Position numbers and translations under genes: made by a program. Source: an uncultured Candidatus Rokubacteria bacterium (lineage in GTDB: Bacteria; Methylomirabilota; Methylomirabilia; Rokubacteriales; CSP1-6). From it: a stretch of 64,000 nt of DNA. Shown here one piece after another: positions 33,102 through 46,031 of this stretch (its first letter is position 1; every line of letters starts with the position of its first letter). Where the stretch lies: positions 480,001 to 544,000 of the forward strand of contig CAWBMV010000001.1 in the NCBI GenBank assembly GCA_963789955.1. The letters are read 5' to 3'. Below the pieces are notes generated by a model. The model did no database searches. It worked only from the letters and a program-made list of their open reading frames with translations, and was not told the DNA's origin.

Positions 33102-35481
33102 TCACGTGGCCAGGCTGAAGCCCAGCGCGTTCGCGAGCGGCAGCAGCTCGGCCCGCGCGTCCGGCCGCTCGGTCCAGATCTGGAAGAATCGGTTCTGGGT
33201 CGCCCAGTGACCGTATCGGATGCCGAGGCGCCGCGCGCCGTCGATGAGCGCGGTTGCCTGCGCGACGCGTTCGCGCGAGGGCGACTCGGCGACCAGGGCG
33301 AGCACGCGGGCGACCGCGTGCTGCATGATGAATCGCTGGGGCATGAGGTCGAGCGTCAGGCCGAGCGCCTTGGCCTCGTCGACGATCGCGACGACCCGGT
33401 CGGGGATCGCGGCCAGGTTCGGCGGGGACTGGAGCTCGACACTCACCTGTTGCTCGAGCACGTGACGCGCGATGATCGCGAGGGCTTCGGGGATCGGCGC
33501 GTCGGCGTCGCGCAGATAGTGGACGAGCTTTCGGTTCTCCTCCCAGATCTTCCGGTACGTCTCCTCGTGGCGCTCGAGCGTCGCCCGGATGACGTTGGCC
33601 AGAACTCGGCGGCGCTCGTCGAGGAAGAGATGGCTCAAGGACGAGAGCCCGCCGGGGAAGTACTCGTCGAGGCCGCGGACGAGATCGGCGACGCTCTGCC
33701 GCGCGCAGCGGGCCAGCAGGTCGGCTTTCAGCGCGTCGTACGTCGCCTGGTCGTCCCAGGTACGGACGCCGCACGAGAAATCGTGCCCGCCGAAGTAGGC
33801 GAGCGCGTAGACCATCTCGCGCGTCTCGCCCGTCGTCTCCGAGCTGACCCGCACGTGCGCGACGGCGAGGGTCGTGCCGTCGGCCGTCTCGCGCGCCTCG
33901 TCGAGCCGCTCGACGCGGTAGGCGTAGATGCGCGCGTCGGCGGGATATTCGTCGAGGAGGCCGGTGATCGCGTAGTGAGTCACGACGCGGCTCAGGTTGA
34001 CCGCGGTCGGCCGGATCAGACGGCGGTAGACCTCGGCGCCGTCGCGCATCTCGGGCACATTGCTCGGCGCCGCCGCCAGCCGCCGGACGAACTCGTCCTC
34101 GAGCCGTCCGCCGCCGAGGTCGTTCATGTACTGCAGCGCCATCGCCGCGTAGCGGAGGATCTGCACGGGCTCGATCGCCGAGATCTCGTCGAAGAACCAG
34201 CCGCACGAGGTGTACATGAGGAGCCGGTTGCGCTCGAGCTCGAGAAGCCGGCGCGCCTCGACCCGAGCGGCCGGGTCGAGCTGCCCGCGCGCGTGGGCCG
34301 GCGAAGAACGCGTCGAGTCGCTCGGGACTCCGATCGAGGAGCACCGCGACGTAGTCGTCGCGGGCCGCCCACGGGTCCTTGAGATGCGCGGAGGCGCGCG
34401 CCTCGAAAAATGGATCGATCTGATCGCGCAGCCAGTCGAGCGCGTCCCGGAGCGGAGCCCGCCAGCGCTGGTGCCAGTCGCCGCGGGTGCGGCAGCCGCA
34501 ATCGGCGCGCCAGCGCTCGATGCCGTGGGCGCAGCTCCACGAGGTCTGCTCGCGGATCTCGACCTCGTGCGTGGGCGGATTGGCGGCCAGGAACGCCGCG
34601 TAGTTCGTGAGGGTCGCGGTCCCTTCGGCTTCGATCTGCTGCACCGCGGCGGCCAGCGCCATCTCGCCGAACCGGCTGTGATGGCCGTACGTTTCGCCGT
34701 CGGTCGCGCAGTGGACCAGCTGCGGCCACGTGCGCGCGTCCGAGAACGCGGCGTTGAGCCACGCCACGAGGTTCTCGGCGCGCTCGAGCAGACGCTCGAA
34801 GGCGATGGCCCGCGAGATGTGGCCGTCGTAGAAGAAGACGGCCAGGCTGAGGCCGCGCGGGCCCTGCCAGCGATACGCGCGGCTCGGATCGATCCCGCCG
34901 CCCGCGTCCTCCCAGGCTTCGGTCTCGAGCGGCCGGACGCGGAGCGCCTGGTGGGGCGCCAGGATCGTGAACTTCACGCCGGCCTCGGCCAGCACCTCGA
35001 GCGATTCGTTGTCGACCGCGGTCTCCGGGAGCCAGAGCCCCTCCGGCTCGCGCCCGAATCGCGCGCGGAAGTCTTCGATCCCCCAGCGCACCTGCGTGAC
35101 CTTGTCGCGTCGCGTGGCGAGCGGCATGATCATGTGGTTGAAGACCTGGCCGCACGCGTTGCCGTGGCCGCGCGCCTCGACGCTCGCGCGGTCGGCCTCG
35201 ATGATCTTGGCGTACACGTCGGGCCGGTGGCGCTCGAGCCAGGCGAAGAGCGTCGGCCCGATGTTGAACGAGATCTTCTCGAAGTTGTTGCCGATGTCGA
35301 GCACGCGGTTCTGGTCGTCGACGCGCCGGGCCGCCGTGTTCGGCGCGTAGCACTCCGCGGTCACCCGCTCGTTCCAGTCGTGGAACGGCGCCGCCGAGTC
35401 CTGCACCTCCACCGACTCGAGCCACGGATTCTCGCGCGGCGGCTGGTAGAAGTGCCCGTGGATGACGATCGCGCGGTTCAA
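33102..35481 (-). CDS. GH57-family glycoside hydrolase with DUF3536 (frameshift near 34290)
   Basis: IHGHFYQPPRENPW, WLPETAVD, ATDGETYGHH, SWSCAHGIERW, MYTSCGWFFDE. Confidence 0.88.
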
Positions 35482-36719
35482 AATTCCTCCAGGCCGCGGA
35501 GAAACTCGCGGCGGCCGCCGCGGGGCACGACCACCAGCCCGGAGGCGTCGACGTGATACTGGCGCCGGTCCGCGCCCGGGTCGTGACCGATCTCGACGTC
35601 GGCCGGGATGATGTTGAACCGATCGACGATGGCGCGCCGCAAGCGGGCGCCCTTGCCGACGGTGGTGTGGTCCATCACGATCGAGTCCTCGATCACCGCG
35701 CCCTCGTTGACCCACACGGACCGGCCCAGGATCGAGTTGCGAATCGTCGCGCGCTTGACCAGCGACGACTCGCCGATCTGCGCGTTGTCGATGTCGGCGG
35801 CGATGAACCGGGCCGCGGGCCCGGCGTGATGCTCACTGCGGATCGGCCAGAGCCGGTTGTCGAGGTCGAAGCGCGGAGACTCGCCCAGGAGGTCCATGTG
35901 GGCTTCCCAGTAGGAGGAGATCGTGCCGACGTCGCGCCAGTACGCCTGTTCTTCGTACGGCTTTTCGCCCGGCACCTCGTTCTTCTGGAAGTCGTACGCG
36001 AAGACTCTGCCGCCCGGCACGAGCTCGGGGATGATCGAGCGGCCGAAGTCGTGGTCGGTCGATCGCCGCGCGTCGGCCACGAGGGCGTCGACGAGCGGCT
36101 GACGGGAGAAGATGTAGTTTCCCATCGACACGAGCGCGCGCTCGCGGTCGTCCGGCAGCGGCGCCGGGTTCGCGGGCTTCTCGTCGAACTGGACGACCCG
36201 CCCCACGCGATCCACGGCCAGCACGCCGAACTGGCGCGCGTCGGCCAGCGGCACCGGCCGGGCCGCGATGGTCACGTCGGCGCCCGACTCCTGGTGGAAC
36301 GCGAGCATCTGGTTCACGTCCATGCGATAGACGTGGTCGGAGCCGAAGACCGCGACGACGTCGGCGTTGAAGTCGTCGATCAGGTTCAGGTTCTGGAGGA
36401 CCGCATCGGCGGTGCCGCGATACCACGCGGCGCCGACCCGCATCTGCGGCGGGACGACGGTGACGAAGAAGTCCGGCAGCATGCCGCTCGTGCGCCAGGC
36501 CAGGCGCAGGTGCTCGATCAGCGACTGCGCCTTGTACTGCACGAGGACGTAGAGCGACGGCATGTCCGAGTTCACGAAGTTCGACAGGACGAAGTCGATC
36601 AGGCGATGGCGGCCCCCGAAGGGCACCGCCGACTTCGAGCGCTCGCGCGTCAGCGGCTGCAGGCGATCGCCCCGGCCGCCGGCCATGACCATCGCGAGCA
36701 CACGCGCGCGCCGCGGCAT
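35478..36719 (-). CDS. glgC: Glucose-1-phosphate adenylyltransferase
   Basis: AGGRGDRLQPLT.ERSKSAVPFGG, WYRGTADAV, DHVYRMD, FDEKP, DFG, YWRDVGT. Confidence 0.95.
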   Translation of the reverse strand: MPRRARVLAMVMAGGRGDRLQPLTRERSKSAVPFGGRHRLIDFVLSNFVNSDMPSLYVLVQYKAQSLIEHLRLAWRTSGMLPDFFVTVVPPQMRVGAAWYRGTADAVLQNLNLIDDFNADVVAVFGSDHVYRMDVNQMLAFHQESGADVTIAARPVPLADARQFGVLAVDRVGRVVQFDEKPANPAPLPDDRERALVSMGNYIFSRQPLVDALVADARRSTDHDFGRSIIPELVPGGRVFAYDFQKNEVPGEKPYEEQAYWRDVGTISSYWEAHMDLLGESPRFDLDNRLWPIRSEHHAGPAARFIAADIDNAQIGESSLVKRATIRNSILGRSVWVNEGAVIEDSIVMDHTTVGKGARLRRAIVDRFNIIPADVEIGHDPGADRRQYHVDASGLVVVPRGGRREFLRGLEEF

Positions 36720-36724
36720 TCGGC

Positions 36725-38421
36725 TCAGCTCGCGGCGGGCGCCCCGAGACCCCAGCTGGGGTCGAGGTCCGGGAAGCAGAAGTCGTCGCGCTCGAGGCGC
36801 CCGAGCGAGTGCGCCGCGTCGGGCGAGAGGGTGTCGCCGGCCTCGAGCGCGCGCGCCATCTCGCAGAGCCGCTTGAACTCGGCGTAGTGCTCGGCGACCC
36901 GGCGTTCGGCATAGTCGGCCGCGGTTCCGGTGGTGATGAGGAACTGCCAGTCGGAAGACTGGAGCAGCAGGAGCTCGCGGGTGGCTTGCGTGATCACCCG
37001 GTGGAGCTCGGGGCGGCCGTCGAGCCGGCTGAGATGGCCGACCCACTCGGCTTCGGCGCTGTAGACGCGGTCCCAGGTCCACTCGGTGCCGCGGTTGAGC
37101 CACACCCGATGGTCGCCGCCTTCGCCCCACGAGCCTTCCGGGAGCGACACGGTCGTCCGCGCCGGCACCGATTCGAGCGACTCGCCGAGCGTCATGCGCG
37201 GAACCTTGCGGCGCTCCATCTCGCGCGCGACGTGCTCGAGCCACAGGGGGCCTTCGAACCACCAGTGCCCGAAGAGCTCCGCGTCGTACGGCGAGCACAC
37301 CACAGACGGTCCTTTGCCGGCGCGTGCGAGCGTGTCCACCACCAGATCGACGAAGTGGGCCGCCTGGAGCCCGACCTTCTGGGCCGCAATGTCCGGGTCG
37401 TAGACCGCCTTGGTGCCGAGATCGCCCTGGTGGTCGGTGATTCGCCAGAACCGCAGACCGCCCGGGAAGTGCTTCTTGTGGAACTCGAGGAAGGCGATAC
37501 TCCCCGGGGTAGCCGTGCTCGCGACTCCACACCTGAAGCGTGGTCTTCGGGTCGCGGAAGAAGGCGATGGCCTGGCCCTGCCCACCCCTCGACGCGACCC
37601 GATAGGGCAGGTAGGGGGACTTTGCCTGACTCGTGGGCATGGCCGGCGGTGCATCGCTCTTGGCGATCTGTGCCCGCCGGAAGGAAGTCGCGGTAGAGGA
37701 ACAGCGGCTGACTTGCCGAGACCAGGTGGGCGTCGGCGACGAAGTACTCGAGGCCGTATTTCGCGAGCATTTCCTCGATGCCCGGCCGCACGCGCCGCTC
37801 GCGGCCGCTGTCCGGCCCGGTCGGCGGCGTCCATTCGTATCGGGGGCGGTAGGCGCACTCCGGCAGCCAGATGCCCCGTGGGGCGCGGCCAAAATGCCGG
37901 CGGTGGGTCTCGACGGCGGTCCGAAGCTGCAGGTGGATCGACTCGTCCCGCGCGAGCAGCGGCAGGTAGCCGTGGGTCGCCGCGCAGGTAATGATCTCCA
38001 CGTGGCCGGCCCGCTGCAGATCGGCGAAGGTGCCGGGAATATCCCCCCCGATTCTCCGGTGCATTTCCCACATGCGCTCGAAGAACTCTTCCCAGAAGTG
38101 GGTCAGCCGGACGATTTCCTTCTGTCCGACCTTCGTGAAGTGCTCCCGCGACTCGGCGCAGGCGCGCCGGACGTTATCGTGGTAAAAAGATAGTTCCTTC
38201 TGAAATTCAGGCGAGGCAAGCTGCTCGGTCAGTACCGGCGACAGGTTGATCGTCCATTTGGGCGAGATCCCATCGGCGACCAGGCGGTGCGCCGTTTCGA
38301 GCAGCGGCAGGTAGCACTCGAAGGCCGCCTCGCAGAGCCAGTCGCTGCCATGGGGCCAGCGGCCGTGATTGACCACCATCGGAAGATGGGTGTGGAGTAC
38401 CAGGGCGAATGGTGAGGCCAT
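36725..38421 (-). CDS. GH57 1,4-alpha-glucan branching enzyme (DUF1957), frameshifted
   Basis: LHTHLP, ATHGYLP, GIWLPECAY, YDAELFGHWWFEG, RELLLLQSSDWQF. Confidence 0.9.
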
Positions 38422-38440
38422 GGGGTCTTCATTGGACCGT

Positions 38441-40228
38441 ATGAGCGCGCTCGGTGCAAGCCTTCTCGCGAACGGCGTCACATTCAGGGTCTGGGCGCCA
38501 CGATGCCGATCGGTCGACGTGGTCGTCGACGGCCGGGCCATCGAAGCGCTCTCGGCGCGCGAAGGCGGACTGTTCGACGTGACGCTCGAAGGGCTGGCCG
38601 AGGGCGCGCGCTACAAATATCGGCTCGACGCCACCCGCTACCGCCCGGATCCGGCGTCACGGTTTCAACCCGAAGGCGTCCACGGCCCCTCGGTCGTCAT
38701 CGATCCGGCGCGCTTCGTGTGGACGGATCAGGAATTCTCCGGTCACGCGCTCGGCGAGCTCGTCTTCTACGAGCTCCACGTCGGCGCGTTCACGCCGGCG
38801 GGCACGTTCGAGGCGATCATTCCGCACCTGGCGCGCCTGGTCGAGCTCGGCGTCACCGCGGTCGAGCTGATGCCGATCGCCGAGTTCCCGGGCTCGCGCA
38901 ACTGGGGCTACGACGGCGTGCATCTGTGGGCGCCGCAATCGACCTACGGCGGACCGCGAGGTCTGCGGCGCTTCGTCGACGCCTGTCACGCGCGCGGCGT
39001 CTCGGTCTTTCTCGACGTCGTGTACAACCACCTCGGTCCCGAGGGCAACTATCTGTCCGAGTTCGGCCCGTACTTCGCCGACCGCACGCAGACCGCCTGG
39101 GGCCCCGCGGTGAACTACGACGGCGCGGGCTCCGAGGGCGTGCGCCGTCACGTGATCGAGAACGGACGCATGTGGGTCAGCGAGTTCCACATCGACGGGT
39201 TCCGTCTCGACGCGATCCACGCGATCTACGACACGAGCCCCGTGCACGTCCTCACCGAGTTCGCCGACGCGGTCCGGGGTGAAGCGGCGCGCGTGGGCCG
39301 ACGGGTCCACGTGATCGCCGAATCGCACGACAACGATCGGCGCATCGTGCTGCCGTCGGGCGCGGGCGGCCTCGGTCTCGACGCGGTGTGGTCGGACGAC
39401 TTCCATCATGCGCTCCACCGTCAGCTCACCGGCGAGACGTCGAGCTACTACGTCGACTTCGGCTCCGAGCAGCACCTCGACCGCGCGATCACCCAGGGAT
39501 TCGCGTACCAGGGCGAGCCGTCCGAGTATTTCGGGCGGCCGCGCGGTACGCCGAGCGCCGATCTGGCGGGCGACCATTTCGTCATCTGCTTGCAGAACCA
39601 CGACCAGGTCGGCAATCGCCCCCAGGGCGATCGACTCGGCACGCTCGTGCCGTTCGACGCGGTGAAGCTCGCGGCCGGGCTCATGTTCGTGACCCCGTCC
39701 ATTCCGCTGCTCTTCATGGGCGAGGAGTACGGCGAGACGGCCCGCTTTCAGTTCTTCTGCTCGTTCCTCGACAAGAATCTCTCGGAGGCCGTCCGCAAGG
39801 GACGCATGGAGGAAATGAGCCGCTGGGAGTCACGCGGGCCGATCTCCGATCCCAACGCGCCCAACACGTTCGTCAGCTCGCGGCTCAATCACTCGCTCGC
39901 GGGCGCGCCCCGTCACCGCGGGCTCCGGGAATACTATCGGCGCTGGCTGGCGCTCCGGCGCACGCACCCCGCGCTCGGCACGAGCCACAAGGAGCTGACG
40001 CAGGTCACGCGGGACGCCGAGGGCGCCGTGCTCATCGTGACCCGCGCGACCCCGACGGGAGACGAGCTCAAGCTCGTCGCGAATCTCTCGCCGAAGACGC
40101 AGGCGTTGAGCCTGGACGCGTCGGGCTGGCGCGTGCTCATCGACAGCGACGCCGAGAGCTTCGGCGGCACCGGCACCGCGGTTCCGCTGGCGCCCTACCA
40201 GTGCTTGCTGTACGAGGCGAGGCGGTGA
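38441..40228 (+). CDS. treZ: Malto-oligosyltrehalose trehalohydrolase
   Basis: FRVWAP, QPEGVHGPS, NWGYDGV, DVVYNHLGPEGNY, GFRLDAIH, QNHDQVGNR. Confidence 0.93.
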   Translation: MSALGASLLANGVTFRVWAPRCRSVDVVVDGRAIEALSAREGGLFDVTLEGLAEGARYKYRLDATRYRPDPASRFQPEGVHGPSVVIDPARFVWTDQEFSGHALGELVFYELHVGAFTPAGTFEAIIPHLARLVELGVTAVELMPIAEFPGSRNWGYDGVHLWAPQSTYGGPRGLRRFVDACHARGVSVFLDVVYNHLGPEGNYLSEFGPYFADRTQTAWGPAVNYDGAGSEGVRRHVIENGRMWVSEFHIDGFRLDAIHAIYDTSPVHVLTEFADAVRGEAARVGRRVHVIAESHDNDRRIVLPSGAGGLGLDAVWSDDFHHALHRQLTGETSSYYVDFGSEQHLDRAITQGFAYQGEPSEYFGRPRGTPSADLAGDHFVICLQNHDQVGNRPQGDRLGTLVPFDAVKLAAGLMFVTPSIPLLFMGEEYGETARFQFFCSFLDKNLSEAVRKGRMEEMSRWESRGPISDPNAPNTFVSSRLNHSLAGAPRHRGLREYYRRWLALRRTHPALGTSHKELTQVTRDAEGAVLIVTRATPTGDELKLVANLSPKTQALSLDASGWRVLIDSDAESFGGTGTAVPLAPYQCLLYEARR

Positions 40229-40241
40229 TAGCGTCCGCCTC

Positions 40242-41131
40242 GTGACGCGCGCCCCCGACCTCGTCGATCAGATCCTCGCTCTCGATCCCGGCCACCGCAA
40301 TATCGCAGCGTTCTCGACCCTCGGCGCCGCCGCCAGCGCGGCGCGCGCGCTCCGCGGAGCGAAGCGCGTCCTGATCGTCACCGGATTCACCGTCGAGCCC
40401 GACATGCCCGAAACCGACGGGCCGCCCGGCGCCGCCGTGCTCGGCCGCGCGCTGCGCCGGCTCGGCGCGCGGGTTCGGTACGTCACCGACACGACCAACG
40501 TGCCGCTCGTGGAGGCGGCGCTCAAGACCCTGGACGAGCCGTCGGACGTCGTCGTATTTCCCGGTGGGATCGACGGCGCTCGCCGTCTGCTCGCGACGGA
40601 GAAGCCGACACATCTCGTGGCGATCGAGCGCCCAGGTCGGAACCGTGACGGCGACTACCTGAACATGCGCGGGGTGTCGGTCGCGGCATGGAATCCCCCG
40701 ATCGACGAGCTGTTTCTTTGTCGCGGGACCCGGAAGCCCGTCACGGTCGGCATCGGCGACGGCGGCAACGAGATCGGCATGGGCTCGGCGCGGGCGAAGA
40801 TCGCGAAGCTCGACGCCCTGCGGGCGCGGATCGCGACGGTGATTCGCGTCGACCACCTGGTCGTGGCCGGCGTCTCGAACTGGGGCGGCTATGGCGTGGT
40901 CGCCGCGCTCGGCCGGCTCACCGGACAGGATCTTCTGCACACGCCCGAGCTCGAGCGTCGCCTCATCGCCGCGTGCGTGGCCGCCGGCGCCTGCGACGGC
41001 GTGACCCGGCGGCGCGAGCCCACCGTCGACAGCCTCGGCGCCGACACGCACGCGGCCGTCGTGGACCTGCTTCGATTGGCGTCACGTTCCGGTATCATGG
41101 GTGCCAGCATGCTCAGGAGAGGATCACGCCG

Positions 41132-41135
<4 letters not shown>
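40242..41135 (+). CDS. DUF4392 / D-glutamate cyclase-like protein
   Basis: TGF, ETDGPPGA, IERPGR..DG.Y.NMRG, GIGDGGNEIGMG, VSNWGG. Confidence 0.82.
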
Positions 41136-42450
<1,315 letters not shown>

Positions 42451-42454
<4 letters not shown>

Positions 42455-42903
42455 CGCCAGGACGACGACGCCGCGCCGTCGGACGGACGACGGCCTCGCT
42501 GGCCCTGCTCCTGCTCGTCGGCGGGTTGTTGCTGGGCGGCTGCGTGTACTACCCGACTGTCGAGGACGTGGGCGGCGTGCGTCTCATGCCCGAGCACGGC
42601 CGGGTCGTCCGGAACGGCGACGGCGCGCTCTTCTTCGTGGACATCAACAGCACGGGCATGTTCGAGGACGCGATCGTGCGCGCCGAGACGCCGATCGCGA
42701 AGCGCACGCAGCTCTTGACGCAGACCGGCGAGCCGTTGACCCGCATTCCCGTGCCGCCGACGAGCGTCATGCGTCTCTATCCTGACGGCGCGCGCGTCGC
42801 CCTCTCGGACCTCACGCGCGAGCTCAAGGCCGGCGAGGTCGTCATCGTCACGCTGTACTTCGAGAAATCGGGCGCCCTCGGCGTCGTCTCGTCCGTCGAG
42901 TAG
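42451..42903 (+). CDS. Lipoprotein with PCu(A)C copper-chaperone-like fold
   Basis: Lipobox LGGC; C-terminal pattern L.RELKAGEVVIVTLYFEKSG resembles PCuAC proteins. Confidence 0.6.
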
Positions 42904-42966
42904 CCGCGTCGCAGCGCCCGGAAAGTAGACGCCCCGGTTGCCGTCTGCTATCCTCACGCGTCTGGT

Positions 42967-43042
<76 letters not shown>

Positions 43043-43128
43043 GCTTTTTCAGCGACTTAGCGGACGCGTCTTCGGTGCTGTCATCGAGTTGTCCCCGAAA
43101 TTGTCACTGAGCGCCGTCGATTTCGACG

Positions 43129-43302
43129 TCAAAGCGTCGTGGCGAGCTTCGTGCCTGCGTCGCGGAGATCGCTCTCGGCGACGATCGCGTAGCGCTGCTC
43201 CACGACCTCAGGCGCTCGGCGGTGAGGAATCTCGAGCGCGCGGACATCTCTCGCTCGGTCGCGATGAAGCTGACGGGCCACAAGATCGAGGCCGTGTACC
43301 GT
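43129..43302. pseudogene. Tyrosine integrase C-terminal remnant broken by an inversion
   Basis: + strand 43195-43302 reads LLHDLRRSAVRNLERADISRSVAMKLTGHKIEAVYR; - strand 43194-43129 reads RYAIVAESDLRDAGTKLATTL*. Confidence 0.8.
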
Positions 43303-43567
43303 TCCGTCAACCGGGCCTCTATGTGTATGCTCTCGCCCCCGCTGACGAGGTTGGTGTGCGGATTGGACATCGACGCGATGCCGATGCCAGACGCGAAGGG
43401 CGGCGCCGCGGGTCCGGTGACCGGCAGCATCGCTATTACGCCAGCGAGGATGCCCGCTGTTCTGCATGTGGCTGTCCCTCCATCCGTTGGAATCGATCCG
43501 TTGGATTCGAAGCGAACCTTACTTTCGGGTAACCAACCCGTCGATGCGATGCGAGCCATGAAAACCA

Positions 43568-44220
43568 TGCACAACCTGCTACGTAACTGCGCGGCGATCG
43601 TCGGTGGCGCCCACGTACTGACCGGTGACGCGACGGCCGGGCACGCGGTGTGCTCGAGGCGGCCGAGGCGGGCGCGCTCGACGAGCTGGGCGCCCTGCTG
43701 GGCGACCTGCCGGCCGCGGTGGGCCAGTCGGCCGGCCGAGCGGGAGCGGCTGTGGGCATACCGGAACGTCGTCGATCCGGCCCAGACGACGCCCTGGCAG
43801 AGCTGGCGCGAGGCCGCGGCGGTGTGGAAAGACCCGGCGCGGGCGCCGCAGCAGCCGCAATGGATGCCCGGCCCGCCGCTGCGCCCGGCGGTGGTGTTCG
43901 AGTGCGTGGGCGTGCCCGGCGTGCTCGATCAGTTGATGGCCTCGGCGCCGCGCGGCTCGCGCATCGTCGTGGTCGGCGTGTGCATGGAGGCCGACACGAT
44001 CTACCCGATGCTCGGCATCACCAAGGAGCTGAACCTCCAGTTCGTCCTCGGCTACACGCAGGACGAGTTCGCCACCACGCTGCACCACATTGCCGACGGC
44101 CGGATTCCCACGGTGCCGCTCATCACCGGCCACGTCGGAGTGAGTGGGGTGACACAGGCCTTCGAGGAGCTCGCCTCGCCGGAGCGACACGCCAAGATCC
44201 TCGTGCATCCCGACCGCTGA
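43568..44220 (+). pseudogene. Chimeric remnant: short FAD-oxidase-like N-terminal piece fused to the C-terminal part of a Zn-dependent alcohol dehydrogenase
   Basis: MHNLLRNCAAIVGGAHVLTG, then VVFECVGVPG...IVVVGVCM...KELNLQFVLGY...AFEELASPERHAKILVHP. The catalytic N-domain is missing. Confidence 0.6.
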
Positions 44221-44498
44221 CCGTCGCCACAAAGGCGCTCAGCTCGTCCTCGCCCAGCATCGTCTCGTCCACGACGGCATCGCGCCGTCGCCGACCGCGC
44301 ACGAAGGGTCTCGCGCCATCGTAGCCGCCATAGCACCGCGCTCGCTCGGGTCGGCAGGATTCGACTCTACTCGGGCGAAATCGAGTATCGTACCGAGCAG
44401 CGCCGGCGCCGGAGGCCACCCCCATCGAGGGCGGCTCGGCGAAGCGGATCGGCCTGGCGCGAGCCGACACCAGAATCCTTACACGGGAGGCGACGACC

Positions 44499-45680
44499 AT
44501 GGCACTTGGACCTCGACGCACCTCCTACCAGCAGCTGGGCCTGGCGGTCCTGGGCCTCACGACCTTCGCGCTCGGCGTCCCCGTGGCCTGGGCGCAGATC
44601 GCCGTCTCAGCCAATGACAACAAAATCGTCAACGTCGACGGCACCAACCAGATCGTGGAAAATCCGCGGCCCGACACGGCGACCATCATCGACCTCGCGG
44701 TGTCGCCTCCCAGGATAGTGGGGCAGCTCAATGTCCCGAACTCGGTGGTGGGACCGCCCGAGAACGTCGCCATCGCACCGGACGAGAGCATTGCCCTGGT
44801 CGCCGCGTCCACCAAGATCGATCCGACCGATCCGAAGAAGACCACCTCCGACAACCGGCTCACCGTCATCGATCTGAAGGCCTCGCCGCCCGTCGTGATC
44901 GCCACCCTGGAAGTCGGCACTTCGCCCACAGGGGTATCGTTCAGCCCGGATGGCAAGCTAGCCCTGGTCGCCAATCGCGGCGAGGGCACCGTGTCGGTCC
45001 TGACCGTCGCCGGGAAGACCCTCACCGTGACAGGCAAGGTCATGCTTGGCGACGCGAAGTCCGGCCCCTGCCACGTGGCGTTCACCCCTGACGGCAAGCG
45101 CGCGCTGGTGACCCGCGACGGCGATCACCGTATCTCCGTGCTCAGCGTCGACGGCGTCAAGGTCGAGGACACCAAGGCGTATATGGTGGCCGGCATCCGC
45201 CCCTACAGCATCTCGATCAGCTCCAGGGGCGACGTGGCGGTTCTTACCAACCAGGGGGGCGGCCAGGGTGACAGCGACATAATCTCTGTCATCGATCTGA
45301 AGAAGAGCCCACCGCGCATCGTCGATTCCATCTCGGTTGGCCAGATCCCCGAGGCCGCTATGTTCTCGCCCGACGGCTCGCACGTAGCCGTCACCATCCA
45401 GAACGGGTCGCAGCGGCCAAAGACCCACCAGGCCTACAACGATGGCGGCCTCCTCATGGTCTACCGCGTCGACGGCACCAAGCTCACCCTCGCCGCGCAA
45501 GCCAAGGTCGGGGGTTGGACCCAGGGCGTGGTATGGAGCAAAGACGGCAAGACGCTCCTGTCGCAGGGCATGCTGACCAAGGCCATCGATATATTGAGCT
45601 TCGACGGCAAACAGCTCAGGATCACCGGCAGTATCAAGGTCGACGGCGGCCCCGCCGGCATCCGTACCGCCGAAAGGTAG
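44499..45680 (+). CDS. Secreted YncE/lactonase-like beta-propeller protein
   Basis: Signal peptide; repeated (F/I)(S/T/A)PDG...A.V blades; SD GGGAGG. Confidence 0.85.
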   Translation: MALGPRRTSYQQLGLAVLGLTTFALGVPVAWAQIAVSANDNKIVNVDGTNQIVENPRPDTATIIDLAVSPPRIVGQLNVPNSVVGPPENVAIAPDESIALVAASTKIDPTDPKKTTSDNRLTVIDLKASPPVVIATLEVGTSPTGVSFSPDGKLALVANRGEGTVSVLTVAGKTLTVTGKVMLGDAKSGPCHVAFTPDGKRALVTRDGDHRISVLSVDGVKVEDTKAYMVAGIRPYSISISSRGDVAVLTNQGGGQGDSDIISVIDLKKSPPRIVDSISVGQIPEAAMFSPDGSHVAVTIQNGSQRPKTHQAYNDGGLLMVYRVDGTKLTLAAQAKVGGWTQGVVWSKDGKTLLSQGMLTKAIDILSFDGKQLRITGSIKVDGGPAGIRTAER

Positions 45681-45981
45681 TGATCGTCCCAGGTGCCGGG
45701 CTCGTCAGTCTGGCGGAGGGCCGATGATAGTTGCGTCACGATGACCAGGCCGGCCGACGAGCACCGCCGTGTGAGGGTGATCAGGTCGGGTTCCCATGGC
45801 ACAAGAGGTGTGTCCAAGGTGTGCCCGCAGGATGCGATCAATGAAGTTGGCCTGTGTCCAAATTGTGTCCCCGTCGAGGGCATTCAAGAGCTCTTGAGAT
45901 CACTCAGGCGCAGCGAGGCCGAGACGAACATTGCTCATGAAGCTTGCACTTCCGCGCTGTTAGCGACGACGAGGGATAGAT

Positions 45982-46026
45982 CTGAAAATCGTGGTGTCGG
46001 CGGTTCAATCCCGTCCCTGCCCACCA
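45982..46026 (+). repeat. att-type direct repeat: 3' 45 nt of tRNA-Phe
   Basis: CTGAAAATCGTGGTGTCGGCGGTTCAATCCCGTCCCTGCCCACCA matches 42998-43042 at 44/45. Confidence 0.93.
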
Positions 46027-46031
46027 GTTTC

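Larger units (their letters stand above)
43043..46026. mobile_element. Decayed ~3-kb integrative element at the tRNA-Phe 3' end
   Basis: Bounded by the tRNA and a 45-bp duplicate of its 3' half; integrase remnants adjoin the tRNA. Confidence 0.8.

Noticed and set aside
45982..46026. A second tRNA-Phe gene
   Set aside because: The 5' half (acceptor 5' strand and D-arm) is missing; it is an att duplicate.
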